The translations under genes and the position numbers were made by a program. Under the pieces are notes generated by a model, which worked only from the letters and a program-made list of their open reading frames with translations, made no database searches and was not told the DNA's origin. From positions 1,426,001 to 1,490,000 of the forward strand of contig OX597831.1 in assembly GCA_951406725.2 (NCBI GenBank): a DNA stretch of 64,000 nt. Reading direction: 5' to 3'. This document shows positions 52,369 through 64,000 of the stretch, one piece after another (positions within the stretch are counted from its first letter, which is position 1; the number at the start of each line of letters is the position of its first letter). The DNA is from Octopus vulgaris (Eukaryota).

Positions 52369-54270
52369 TTATGTTATGAAAAGAAGAATTCAAAGTGCAG
52401 AAAAACAGTAAATTTTTCTGAGACCATTTGAGGCTTAATGTATAAACTTAACTGAATTTGAAATCTTCACTGGAGGACTTTTACCATTGCAGACCAATAC
52501 TGTCAATAACCGCTACTATTGACCACCACTACATACCACCATTACTGACCACTATTACACTATTACTACTGACCACTGCTATACAACACCACTGTATACT
52601 CTCACTAGACATCACTACTAGTAGTTTCCTTGGGGACTCTGAGTTTCTTTTTCTTTTTTATTTTTGGCTTTTGGCTTTTTTTATTTTTATGCACATCTAG
52701 TTATTTTTCTCCAGTCTAAAATTGACTTGTCCAGTCTGGTCTGAGACCTAATTGCAGGAATTTAGAGTCTGCATCTGCACTTCTTCTCCCCCCCCCCACC
52801 CCCCGACCATCACCGCCAACCTACTCACTACACACCTCTTACCATCCACCCACCCACCCATCCATCCATCCCCACCTCCACCGTCTTCTAACTGTCTAGA
52901 TAAATTATAGTGTTGTTTATGTAACTTGCTGGCTAGTGGTGTATGTGTGTGGGGGTGGGGTGGGGTGGGAAAGAAGTCTCTAAACTCAAACTTTATCTTC
53001 CTCACATCTTTTTTTCTTCATCTCCACTTCTCTCTCATTCTCTCTCTCTCTCTCTCTGTTTTCTGACAATTGGTAGTGTTTAAAGAATAAATGATTCCTT
53101 TGCAATATCTCTGATGAAAATTAATGTCTTTTCACACACACACACACACACATACACACACATTCATTCTCACAATATACACATTTACACTCAGTCGCAT
53201 TTGTACACACCCTCTCACAAGTACACATGAATCCATGCACATATACTCACACAAACGCACGCTTTCTCTCTCTCTCCCTCTGTCATTCTCTTTCTCTGCT
53301 GCCCCCCTCTCTCTCTCTTTCCTTCTCTCTCACCTTCCCCCGTTCCAACATCACACATACCATATTATTTTCTTCTGGAGATAGGAGGAGCTGGTGTGGG
53401 TACAGAATGTGTGTGTGTGTGTTTGTGAGTAAGTTTTTGAGTGTGTGAATCTGTTTAAGCATGCTTGCAAATAGAATTGCGTGCGTGTGGGTGTATCTGG
53501 AGAAAAAAGTAAAGCTTTCCTTCATTACTAGATGTGTTTCTACATACATTACAAACAGTGCGTGGTGCACTCACTCACGCACGCACATACACACGCAATA
53601 ATGTAACATGCACATAATGATTGTTGTTGTTGATGATGATGATGATGTGGGAGGGAGTATGCCCATTATTCATTCACTATTATTTAATTCGCAAGACAGA
53701 AAGCATATGTCCACTGTATGACAGGTACAACAGCATCGGCATTATTTACAACAGCAACAACAATAACAAAGACTACAGTTACTGATGCTACTTAGCTTCC
53801 ACAGTAAAAGTTACAACCACCATCACCGCCGCCGCCGCCGCCACCACCACCACCACCACTACCGTCATCACAACTTCAACTGCCACTGATGTAGAAATCA
53901 CCATGAAAACCAGCATCACCATAACAAACACTAACAGCAAAGCTTATCATATTAGCCATCAGTAGAGGCTATATAACACAAGTCATCAACACTACCACAA
54001 CCAGCACCACAACAATAACAAAATTGGTATAACAACAACAACAAGCACTACAGCTGGTACTACAACGTCAATGACAAAACAAAAACACATCCTGTATCTC
54101 AATGACATCGATAACCACAACAACAACGGTGTCACAGTTTGTTGGCACACAACTGCGTCAGTGCCACCAACGCAGCCAGTACTCCAACCATTGCATTTAG
54201 TGTCACAACAATAATCACAACTAGATTAATGTTGTAGTATTAACTACCATCTTGACCAGTTGTACAACCA

Positions 54271-54740
54271 CCACCATAACCCAAACCACAACAACGATGC
54301 AGATATCAGAACAACCTCCACCATAACCCAAACCACAACAACGATGCAGATATCAGAACAACCTCCACCATAACCCAAACTACAACAATGATGCAGATAT
54401 CAGAACAACCTCCACCATAACCCAAACTACAACAATGATGCAGATATCAGAACAACCTCCACCATAACCCAAACCACAACAACGATGCAGATATCAGAAC
54501 AACCTCCACCATAACCCAAACTACAACAATGATGCAGATATCAGAACAACCTCCACCATAACCCAAACTACAACAATGATGCAGATATCAGAACAACCTC
54601 CACCATAACCCAAACCACAACAACGATGCAGATATCAGAACAACCTCCACCATAACCCAAACTACAACAATGATGCAGATATCAGAACAACCTCCACCAT
54701 AACCCAAACTACAACAATGATGCAGATATCAGAAAAACCA
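54271..54740 (+). repeat. 47-bp minisatellite, 10 copies, two variants in order A A B B A B B A B B
   Basis: Unit ccaccataacccaaac(c/t)acaacaa(c/t)gatgcagatatcagaacaacct; copies start every 47 bp from 54271 to 54694. Confidence 0.95.
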
Positions 54741-55142
54741 CCACTATAGCCAGTACTACAACATCAATAACAGCCACTACAGCCAATACAACAAATGACA
54801 CAATAGACACAACCACGTCAATACCCCAATATTTACCGCCAACACTGCCAAAGCCCCTATCTGTACCACCGCCATCACCATGTTCACAACCAGTACAACA
54901 TCAGCCAATACAAATATCGGTACCACTGAGGAAGCCTGTCTGTAGTAGCTTGAGCTGTTAAAAATAGCAGCCAGATATTCCTCGAAGTTCACCCCATTGT
55001 CTTAAGAATTAATTGAGTATACTTTGTTAACTCAGTCCTGATATAGAATAAAACAGAAAAGTTGGGATGGTCAAATAGCTGTTGGCCAATAGAGATTTGT
55101 CCCAGATAGCCATAATGATTCAACACATAGCACTAAAATACC

Positions 55143-55377
55143 TATTTCTTTACTACCCACAAGGGGCTAAATACAGAGAGGACAAACAAGAACAGACAAA
55201 CGGATTAAGTCGATTATATCGACCCCAGTGTGTAACTGGTACTTATTTAATCGACCCCGAAAGGATGAAAGGCAAAGTCAACCTTGGCGGAATTTGAACT
55301 CAGAACGTAACGGCAGACGAAATACGGCTAAGCATCTCGCCCGGCGTGCTAACGTTTCTGCCAGCTCGCCGCCTTAT
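55143..55377 (-). mobile_element. Young SINE family B copy with target-site duplication
   Basis: Minus-strand head ggcggcgagctggcagaaacgttagcacgccgggcg...gagttcaaattcc and central gactttgcctttcatcctttcggggtcgat; direct repeat atagcactaaaatacc at 55127-55142 and 55378-55393. Confidence 0.9.
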
Positions 55378-56202
55378 ATAGCACTAAAATACCAATACTC
55401 CATATAGTTTGTGTCAGAGTACCAGTGTTATTATCTGCTCTCAGATTCAATAGGTAAATTTTACAAAATATCAATACTGTATATACATTTGTGTATAAGT
55501 TGATCCCCTCTCTTACATAAAATAATCTTTGTTCAATTCTTGGCTCACATTTAAGCCACAGTCTGCATTTATCAATACTGCTTATGTATTGCTAAATTTT
55601 CATCAAAATATACAAAACTAAACATAAAATCCCACCTTCCCACGCCATAATATAATATATTTGAATAAAACATTATGTGAATATATCCTTTGGGAGCTCA
55701 TAACAAATTAAACCCATGTTAATGAACTCTTAATTCTCTACATTATTTAATTATTCTATTTTGTTTATTTAATCCCATACAATTACAGTATAACTAAGCA
55801 TTCGCTGGCTATTCTGGTGTACGTGGATACATTGTCTCTTCTTGTATTTTAATTTATTTTAATTATATCAAATATTATTTTCTGGTGTAAAACACGTTTG
55901 GAAGATTATCAAGGGACACAAGTTACATATCAGCACAGTACAGACAATAGTACAATGCGAGTGTGTGGAACGAAGTTCTGTTCTACTTCCATATTCTATA
56001 ATAATAATGATAATAGTAATAATAATAATAATAATAATAATCCTTTCTACTATAGGCACAAGGCCTGAAATTCTGGGGTGTGAGGGTAGTCAATTACATT
56101 AACCCAAGTGCTCAACTGATATTTATTTTCTTGACCCTGAAAGGATGAAATGCTGTTAAGCATCTTGTCTGGTGTGCTAACTGTTCTGCCAGCTTCCCAC
56201 CT

Positions 56203-56596
56203 TACTCTTTTACTTGTTTCAGTCATGTGACTGTGGCCATGCTGGAACACCGCCTTTAGTCAAGCAAATCGACCCCAGGACTTATTCTTTGTAAGCCTAG
56301 TACTTATTCTATCGGTCTCTTTTGCCGAACCGCTAAGTTACAGGGATGCAAACACACTAGCATCGGTTGTCAAGTAATGTTGGAGGGGACAAATATACAC
56401 ACACACACACATACATATATATATACATATATACGATGGGCTTCTTTCAGTTTCCATCTACCAAATCCACTCACAAGTTTTTGTTCGACCCAAGGCTATA
56501 GTAGAAGACACTTGCCCAAGTTGCCACACTGTGGGACTGAACCTGGAACCATATGGTTCGTAATCCAGCTACTTACCACACAACCACTCCTATGCC
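56203..56596 (-). mobile_element. SINE family A, full-length copy
   Basis: Near-colinear with the 10248-10686 copy. Confidence 0.85.
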
Positions 56597-56660
<64 letters not shown>

Positions 56661-56663
56661 TAG

Positions 56664-57112
56664 TGATTTCATTTATTTTCCACAAGGGCAAAGGATGAGG
56701 GGGACAATCAAAGACACATAAAGTGTGGGGGTTTACATATAATGAAATAAAAAACAAAAAAGAAAGTATTCATGGCATATACTGAAAAAGAAGGTACATA
56801 TGCATAGCATGCAAAGGTAAAAAAAAAAAAGAAAAAAAAGCAGGGAGGGTGATAGAGATGTGGTTCTCTTGATACAGGAAGGCCTGTAGGAGTAATCAAG
56901 GAACCCCACTGACTGAAATTTGCCTGAAATCTCAGGAGCAAGTGCCTTCTCCAATTCCTTCTCTCCAACTCACAGATCTACACTTAGAGAGGTACCATCC
57001 ACTCTTGCCATTTTCGCAACTTTCACTCACCTTTCAATAAACTCACTCGAGGACAGCACTTCCCTCTCCACTCTCAGTTTCCTTTTCAAGTGAAACTTGA
57101 AGAAGTCAATCG
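56664..57112 (-). mobile_element. 3' end of a Tx1/L1-type LINE
   Basis: Minus frame IDFFKFHLKRKLRVEREVLSSSEFIER*VKVAKMARVDGTSLSVDL*, then a T-rich 3' UTR ending aataaatgaaatc next to (TAT)n. Confidence 0.6.
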
Positions 57113-57169
57113 TAGACTATAACTGTAGTTCATAGATTTGGCCTTGTCACATACTGTGTAACATTGGTT

Positions 57170-58700
57170 CTTCATTAACAGAAACAAGTATCTGTAGAAT
57201 ACTCTGTACTTACACTATAGATATCTCATCTTCAAGCAGTTGCAACTAAGATACATTTCACGAAGCCACTCCAGGAATCTCTGTTCCCCTTTAGCTTTGG
57301 TACATTCTTAATTTCAGGTTTTGTGTCTCTGCAAATTACATCAGTGAATATATGAGTGATTTTCATTTTCTATTAGTGTGGAGGTTTCCAAAATATAGCA
57401 ACTGATAAGATGTTCAGCACAGTAGGAATGGCCTGGAAACCCTACTCTATCTTGAGCAACATAGTAGAGATGGGTAGAGTGTCTCCTTAAAATCTCCTCT
57501 TTGCTGTTGTGTTCATGTCAAGGGATGTTTTGAACCCTGAGAAACCTAGAGAATATAATATATATAGTGGTCGTATACTGTCAACTCAATGTGACCACTA
57601 TATCGCTCCACCACCGCTTATGTCTCTCTGAGACATTTAGAAATTCATGGACAGCCATGAAACGATCGTAGTGTTATACTAATTATCTTTTTTTAATAAT
57701 TTTGATATATATTTAAATAATATAAATTAATTAATCTTATGTATTGGCTTAAGTTTTTCATTGTATGATTTGCCTAATAGTGGTTTTATCTCTAATTTAA
57801 TATAATATATATATATATATAGCAATAAGAAAATGGAGGGTATCAATAGGTGGTTCATCAACTTTTAGACATTATGTTATGTTAACTTATTTATTTATTT
57901 ATTTACTAAACTGATAATTACAATAATATACATACATATAACATATTATGCTTTACATATAAGATATAAAATATGGTAATATATAAGGATACCAGTAATT
58001 ATTATAAAATAACAAATACGAATATAAATTGGGAAAATAACTTACAGCTGTTTCAGCCAATATATATACATATATATATACGAAGCTGATTCTTCACAGT
58101 CTAGTTTTGCTGTTCCATAGAGGAGAATCCTCCCTACTCACACTTGAAGAAGGTTAGTCTTGTTCATTTTGAAATACTCAATTGCTAGTTGCTGTGAAGT
58201 ATGTTTGAAGCACTTCAGCTTTGTCCTCTGCATGTCAGGAAATCATTTTTCACTGTCAGCTTCATAGGACCTAAGATATTTAAGCATTTTTATACCAACC
58301 TAAACAAGAACTAACCCTGATTCTATGATACAAATTATGTTTTTAAGTGATCTAAATTAAAACCTATAAAAATTTCATGATGATATATGTTCAAAACAGC
58401 AGCTTAGTAATGACGCAGTTATTTTTACTAAATCTTTCATTACTTTTTAAATTAATTGAAAGAAAGTTTTAATAGAAATATAGTGACAAAAGGGTTATAG
58501 TCTTTGCCCGCCTTCAGTTTTTCGAATACTGATACACTATATTTCAACAAGTAAATGGTTCCATATGCCAAGCCACTGGAATGCTCATTGCTAAAATGGA
58601 CACACTATCCGTTTTCCTGCAGAGTATTGAGAAGCCAAATATATTCTGAATATTGATGATATTCCACAATCCCCTCTTTGATCCTCACTTCAATACCATA
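57170..58700 (-). pseudogene. Decayed RTE-type LINE ORF 3' portion interrupted by Penelope-like ends and a MITE
   Basis: Minus frames: KYLRSYEADSEK..ILLYG (58270-58110), then RVQNIP*HEH..GFPGHSY..ICRDT..NRDSW..VATA (57545-57230); equivalent to the RTE motifs FKYLGS / ILLYGSETW / RFAGHC. Confidence 0.6.
57553..58080. mobile_element. Two Penelope-like terminal fragments arranged tail-to-tail around (TA)n
   Basis: Plus strand GAAAC-GATC-GTA at 57659-57670 and minus strand GAAAC-AGCT-GTA at 58043-58054, each followed by an AT-rich tail ending in the shared (TA)n at ~57805-57820. Confidence 0.5.
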
Positions 58701-60197
58701 GAAGTCATTTCTTGCTTCAGTTGTGCATCATACACTTATTTATACAATAACTCATTTCACCTTGCTGCCAGGAATAGTTTACAAAGTGATCAGTCATGTT
58801 TATCTTCAAAATTCTACTATCCTAAGGTGGCGAGCTGGCAGAATTGTTAGTATGCCAGGCAAAATACTTATTGGCATTTCATCCATCATTATGTTCTCAG
58901 TTCAAATCCTACCAGGATTGACTTTGCTTTTCATCCTTTCAGGGTCGATAAAATAAGTACCAACTGAACACAGGAGTAGATGTAATCAACTTACCATCTC
59001 CCCAAAATTGCTGGCCTTGTGCCAAAATTTAAAACCAATATTCTACTATCCAACTCATGTGTAAGATCTTGCTCTCATTCACACAGTACAACGTAACTGG
59101 AGTTAAGTACCAGTTATATCCCTCATCAACTACGATGATGGTAGGGGGTTTTGATGGTGATAGGGCTGGTGATGGTAATAACATTGGTGGTTGTGATGAT
59201 GGCAATAGTATTAGTAATGGTATTAGTGGTATCAGTACTGCTACATTTCATGGTAGTAATAGTGTTAATAATACTATAGTTAGTGGAAGTGGTCATCATA
59301 TTTGTAGTGGGTATAGTTTGTGGTGATGGTGATGGTGGTGGTGGTGGTAGGTGCAGTTGCAACATTATTGGTAGTGGGTATTAGCTAATGTGTTACTAGG
59401 ATTGTAGTAGAAGTAGTTAGAAGCTGTCATATTGAGAGTGGTGGTAGAAGTATCAACAGTATAAGTAGTAGCAATAGTTGTCATGGTGATAGTAGATACC
59501 CCTTTTTCATAATGAAATTGTTACGGGCCATCATGGCCACAGCTTCTGGCTGAAATACATAAATATTTTCTCCTTCCTGTCTAAAAGACATTATCAGAAA
59601 CTTCCCTGTGGAATGGAGGAAGGATTTTGTTGAGTGACAGTGGTGGAGTGGTTGTTTAAGATTTCCATTCCAGTGAATTATCATAGTGATGATACCTGGC
59701 AGAGCACGCGCACATGTCTGTCTGTGTGTGTGTTTTACCTGTGTTTCTATATTTGTGTCTTGTACCCTGAACAGATGTGAAAATGGACCGTAGCAATTGT
59801 GAGATACTTATATATCATCAGCTTAGCTTAACTTTCTACATCTTTATCGTCTTCTTCATAGCTAGGTAACCTATAGGAGATATATGTGTGTGTGTGTGTG
59901 GATAGATTTTTAAATAAATGACTAAAGCTGTCAGAGGAAAAGGCCTCTCTCCTGACAGTTATTGTTTCTGAGTGTGTTAAAGTAATGAGAGTGGTTGGGT
60001 GAAAGAGAGAGACAGAGAGAGGGCAGAGGAAGAGACTGTTCCTTGTGCAAAATTTTGATTGTTATTACAAAACTGTAAGTTCGTTTTGGTTTTGCTTTTT
60101 TTTTTGTTTGTTGATTCTGCTGCCAAATCTGTCATCACATTATAACGATTTGTTGATTACCTCTTCATTACAATAGGGTGTATGTGTTATATACATG

Positions 60198-60238
<41 letters not shown>

Positions 60239-60410
60239 GTGCCTTGTCTTGATTACATTGGGTGTGTATATATATACCAGTCTTCATTACACTGTGTACC
60301 TCTATGTATGTGTGTATATATATATTTTATATATATATATATATACACACATACACATGCACACACATATATATTGCATATACATATGCACAATGTCTTC
60401 ATTATATGGG

Positions 60411-60446
<36 letters not shown>

Positions 60447-60499
60447 AAACTTATCTTCATTACATTCTGTGGTCTTTATACCATCTTCATTTTCATGTA

Positions 60500-60850
60500 G
60501 TTTGTTGTGTCAGTTGCTATAAATGTTCATTGCAATATATTTTATATCATGTGCACTTATTGCCTCAAATGTTCATGTAATGAGTTCATTGCTCAACTTA
60601 CTTATTACTTTACATGTTCATTACAGTGTGTTCATTGTCACGTGTTCATTACAATGTGTTCATCACAATATCTTCACTGTCACACATGTTCATCACAGTG
60701 TCTTCGTTATTTAACATGTTGATTACTTTGTGTTTCATTAATTCACATTCATATGTTCATTTCCTCACACGTTCAGTGCAATATGTTCACTGCAGTTTAT
60801 GCTTTGCCACACTACAAGTTTATTATCATACACATTTAATACAGTGAGTT
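60500..60850 (+). repeat. Degenerate short-unit minisatellite (tgttcat/tgttcac core)
   Basis: tgttca(t/c) recurs about 10 or more times with variable spacers. Confidence 0.55.
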
Positions 60851-60981
60851 TCTTAAGCTTTGTAGTCCTTCTGTGTTCATAGATGTGTTTATCTACCACT
60901 AACATCATAATACTCCTCCAACATAAGTACCATATATCTATCTTATCACCACCGTCACAACCACCAGATCCACTGTAATGA

Positions 60982-61503
60982 AGATGTTGTATACCAACAC
61001 AAACACAACGTTCACCAGTGACACCATCATCCCTACATCCACCAGCACTATCATTATCATCACTGTCACCACAACAAACAAGGCAGACAACATCTCCACT
61101 AGTACATACACCACCCACCACTGCATCCACGTGCTCAGTCTACTAGAAATAGCAATTTTAATCGACCCCGAAAGGATGAAAGGCAAAGTCGACCTCGGCG
61201 GAATTTGAACTCAGAACGTAACAGCAGACGAAATACAGCTACGCATTTCGCCCGGCGTGCTAACGTTTCTGCCAGCTCGCCACCTATAGATGTTGTATAC
61301 CAACACAAACACAACATTCACCAGTGACACCATCATCCCTACATCCATCAGCACTATCATTATCATCACTGTCACCACAACAAACATGGCATATAACATC
61401 TCCATACCACATACATCTCCACCACTACATTCACTACCATCACCACTATATATACCACCACCACCACTACATCCACGTGCTCAGTCTACTAGAAATAGCA
61501 ATT
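60982..61503 (+). repeat. Direct duplication (~176 bp and ~216 bp copies) flanking a SINE family B fragment (61158-61287, minus strand)
   Basis: agatgttgtataccaacac...catccacgtgctcagtctactagaaatagcaatt occurs at 60982-61157 and 61288-61503. Confidence 0.9.
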
Positions 61504-61837
61504 AAAATATAATTTGCTGTCTCAGAAAAGGAAAGCTACATGAGACAGTGTCTTCCCTAGTAAGCCAAAAGATATGATGGTCACAGTTGCAATGTCTTTG
61601 ATCATAGGTTTGCTCAATCAGATTTGACTTGAAGCTAAACAGCAACAACAATTATTACCACCACACCCACCATCTACATCACCACCACATCCACTACTAC
61701 TGCCACCGTATCCACCATCAAACCATTACCAACATCACCACCACCATCACTTTATCCATCCTCCCACTAACAACAACTAATATCATCACCATGAGTACTC
61801 AAACTGCTAGAGATAAATCAAATCTCCTCCCTCTCCT

Positions 61838-62959
61838 TACAAGGATAGTTTGAAAAGTTCATATGCCAACTATAAAGAAGTGATGCTAGAGCTATGAGAT
61901 TTTGCATGCATTGCTTTCAGCTCCTCTTATTAATAAGTGCATTGGTTCTTTCTAGGTAAACTGACATTTGACTTTTTAAAGAAGACTTCAAAAGTAGTAG
62001 TGAATTCTCTTGAAAATGGACAAAATTTAGCATAGTGGTGTTCCCAGGTACCCATTGAAAAAGGGTTTAGTCCTCTAAGATTCAGCTGGTTTCATTAAAC
62101 ATTTCTTAACCCAGGATGAGTGTTGGGTTCATCACTTTGAGTCAGAAACAAAGAGACAATTCATGCAATGAAAACACCATTCTTCACCTGCTCCATAGAA
62201 GACCAAAGTTGTTTCATCTTTAGGGATGGTGATGACCTCAGTTTTTTGGGGGATGCAAAAAGCATTGTGTTTATTGACTATCTTCAAAAGGAGCACGCTA
62301 TCAATGGTGACTACTATGTCAACTTGCTGAGGCAGTTGCAAAAGGTTATGAAGACCAAATGCCCAAGAAAACTAGTATAAGCAGTTTTGTTTCATCAGAA
62401 CAATGTTCCAGCACACAAATCCTTAGTCTCCTTACTCTCAATGGCTGTTGTGCATGACTGTAGCTTTGGACTGGTCGATCAGCCTCCTTATTCTCCTGAT
62501 TTGGCCCCATCTAACTATCGTCTGTTCCCCAACATGAAAAAATATTTGGCTAGGAACCAATATTGCACTATTGATATCATACCTGCCGTTCATGACTTTT
62601 TTTAACCAACAGGATGAAAGCTTCTTTGCTAAAGGGATCCAAGCACTGAAATACTGATAAACCGGCCATATCCGGCCAAAAGTATTCTGCCTGTTTTATG
62701 TTCAAACTGGCCAGATCTGGTCTCTCACACCAACCCTACAATATCATCTTAAAAATTCACAGCTACCTCATCAAAATCTCAAAGCTACAAGATAATGCAT
62801 GATTAGTTCAAGGCAATGTGGCTGAAAAAGCATTAATTTTGGTAGAATAATGCGAACACTAAAGGGTTAAGGGGAACTATGTTGAAAAATAAACCTCATT
62901 TCATCATGTTCCATGAGAGTATCTTGATCAGCTGATAAACTTTTCAGCTGCCCCTCATA
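61838..62959 (+). mobile_element. Mariner element, internally deleted, interrupted by MITE family A
   Basis: TA-flanked TIR-like ends sharing TGAAAAGTT; MDKI*H..KKGL start; FLTQDECWVHHFESETKRQ, VFIDYLQKEHAINGDYYVNLL, FHQNNVPAHKS and PPYSPDLAPSNYRLFPNMKK (decayed DD34D motifs); GNYVEK* resumes after the MITE at 62871. Confidence 0.9.
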
Positions 62960-63836
62960 CAGTCTTAGAAATAGATAGCCACATTTGTGTAATGCTGTCT
63001 CAGCTAAATAAGATGGGATGGGGCTAAACAACACCATCACCACCACCACCACCACCACCACAACCATATCCACCCTCACTCATCAGTAGTTTGTCATATT
63101 GTATCAGAAAAATATATAATCTGATTCTTGGTATATTATGAGCCATATTCCTATATGAACTGCAGTGTCCCAGTCTCAGAGGAGGAGATGGTGGTGGTGC
63201 TGCAGTAACAGTGATGTTGATGATGATGATGATGGTGGTGGTGAAGGAGGAAGTGATGATAGTATTGATAATGATGAGGATGATGTCAGTGCTGGTAGTG
63301 GTGTTGGCTATGTTAGTAATGGTGAAACTGGTGACACTGATGGTTATGATGACAGTGGTAGTGGTAGTGGTGGTGGTGGTGGTGGTGGTGGTATTAATAG
63401 TGGTGATCATCACGATGGTAGTGGGGTTGGTAGTGAATGTCTTATTAACAAATAATTCACTGTCAAAATGAAGGTATTAAGGAACCACATTGTGTGTACA
63501 TGTGTGTGTGTGTGTGCGTATACATATATATATATATATATATATATAATGTGTGTGTGTTTTGGGGGGAGGGACAAACCCATCTACTTCTCCCTCCTCG
63601 CCACCACTACCACTGTAGACTTACTGTAACACATGTCTTTGAGCTATGATTGATGAATTTGCTAAGTTTTATGAAATAAGATTAGCAAATTTAAATGAAT
63701 TAATTCTGTTGGTTCACCTTCTTTGCTCTCATCTTTCATTGAAATTATCTTCCTCCAGTGTGTGTATGAATGTTTTTGTATTTGTGTGTGTTTCTCCATG
63801 AATATCTATATATAATACTTATAAAAATATATATTA

Positions 63837-63907
<71 letters not shown>

Positions 63908-64000
63908 ATGTATGTGTGTGTGTATATATATCATCATCATCATCATCATCATTTAGCGTCCGTTTTCCATGCTAGCATGGGTTGGACGGTTCAACTGGGG

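Noticed and set aside
54271-54740. CRISPR-like array or mucin-like coding repeat
   Set aside because: Units are contiguous with no unique spacers, there are no cas genes, and the context is eukaryotic. The 47-bp unit shifts frame and contains stop codons on both strands.
63024-63471. Thr-rich and Gly/Asp-rich ORFs (also 59057-59365 and 53750-54250)
   Set aside because: Degenerate (GGT/GAT/ACC) trinucleotide tracts with no splice signals or domain.
34771-64000. Next VPS41 exon (expected V..GLY...F..P)
   Set aside because: Candidate acceptors at 38807, 45271, 51020 and ~61955 give no VPS41-like peptide. The exon probably lies beyond the window, though I could have missed a short exon by eye.

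Overview
Eukaryotic, AT-rich, repeat-dense genomic DNA. The SINE families, (AT)n/(ATAC)n/(GAT)n microsatellites and transposon content point to an octopus or other coleoid cephalopod (inference). The only host coding sequence I can support is two small phase-0 internal exons of a VPS41 (HOPS subunit) ortholog on the + strand: 1078-1155 (FLALGTHNGAIHILDHAGYNIKDIQA) and 34696-34770 (HNNTVNQISIDDSGDYIASCSDDGH). They are separated by a 33,540-bp intron and followed by an intron of more than 29 kb that appears to run off the window. Almost everything else is intronic transposon debris: several tRNA-derived SINE families, TTAA piggyBac-type MITEs, mariner, hAT (Charlie/SPIN-like), Helitron, R4/Dong, CR1, RTE, Tx1/L1 and Penelope-like remnants, often nested inside one another. 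Nearly all ORFs in the supplied track are microsatellite artefacts. The most notable observations are: (1) a non-autonomous pogo element whose non-coding sequence closely resembles mammalian Tigger4/MER46, a horizontal-transfer candidate, sitting inside a fragmented hAT transposase; (2) a tail-to-tail pair of Penelope-like ends with hammerhead-type motifs and stacked hairpins; (3) a 47-bp minisatellite with A(ABB)3 higher-order structure; (4) a MITE inserted into its own family in inverted orientation; (5) a ~176-bp direct duplication flanking a SINE fragment. There is no CRISPR array, rRNA or bona fide tRNA. All family assignments come from recognising motifs by eye and need database confirmation.
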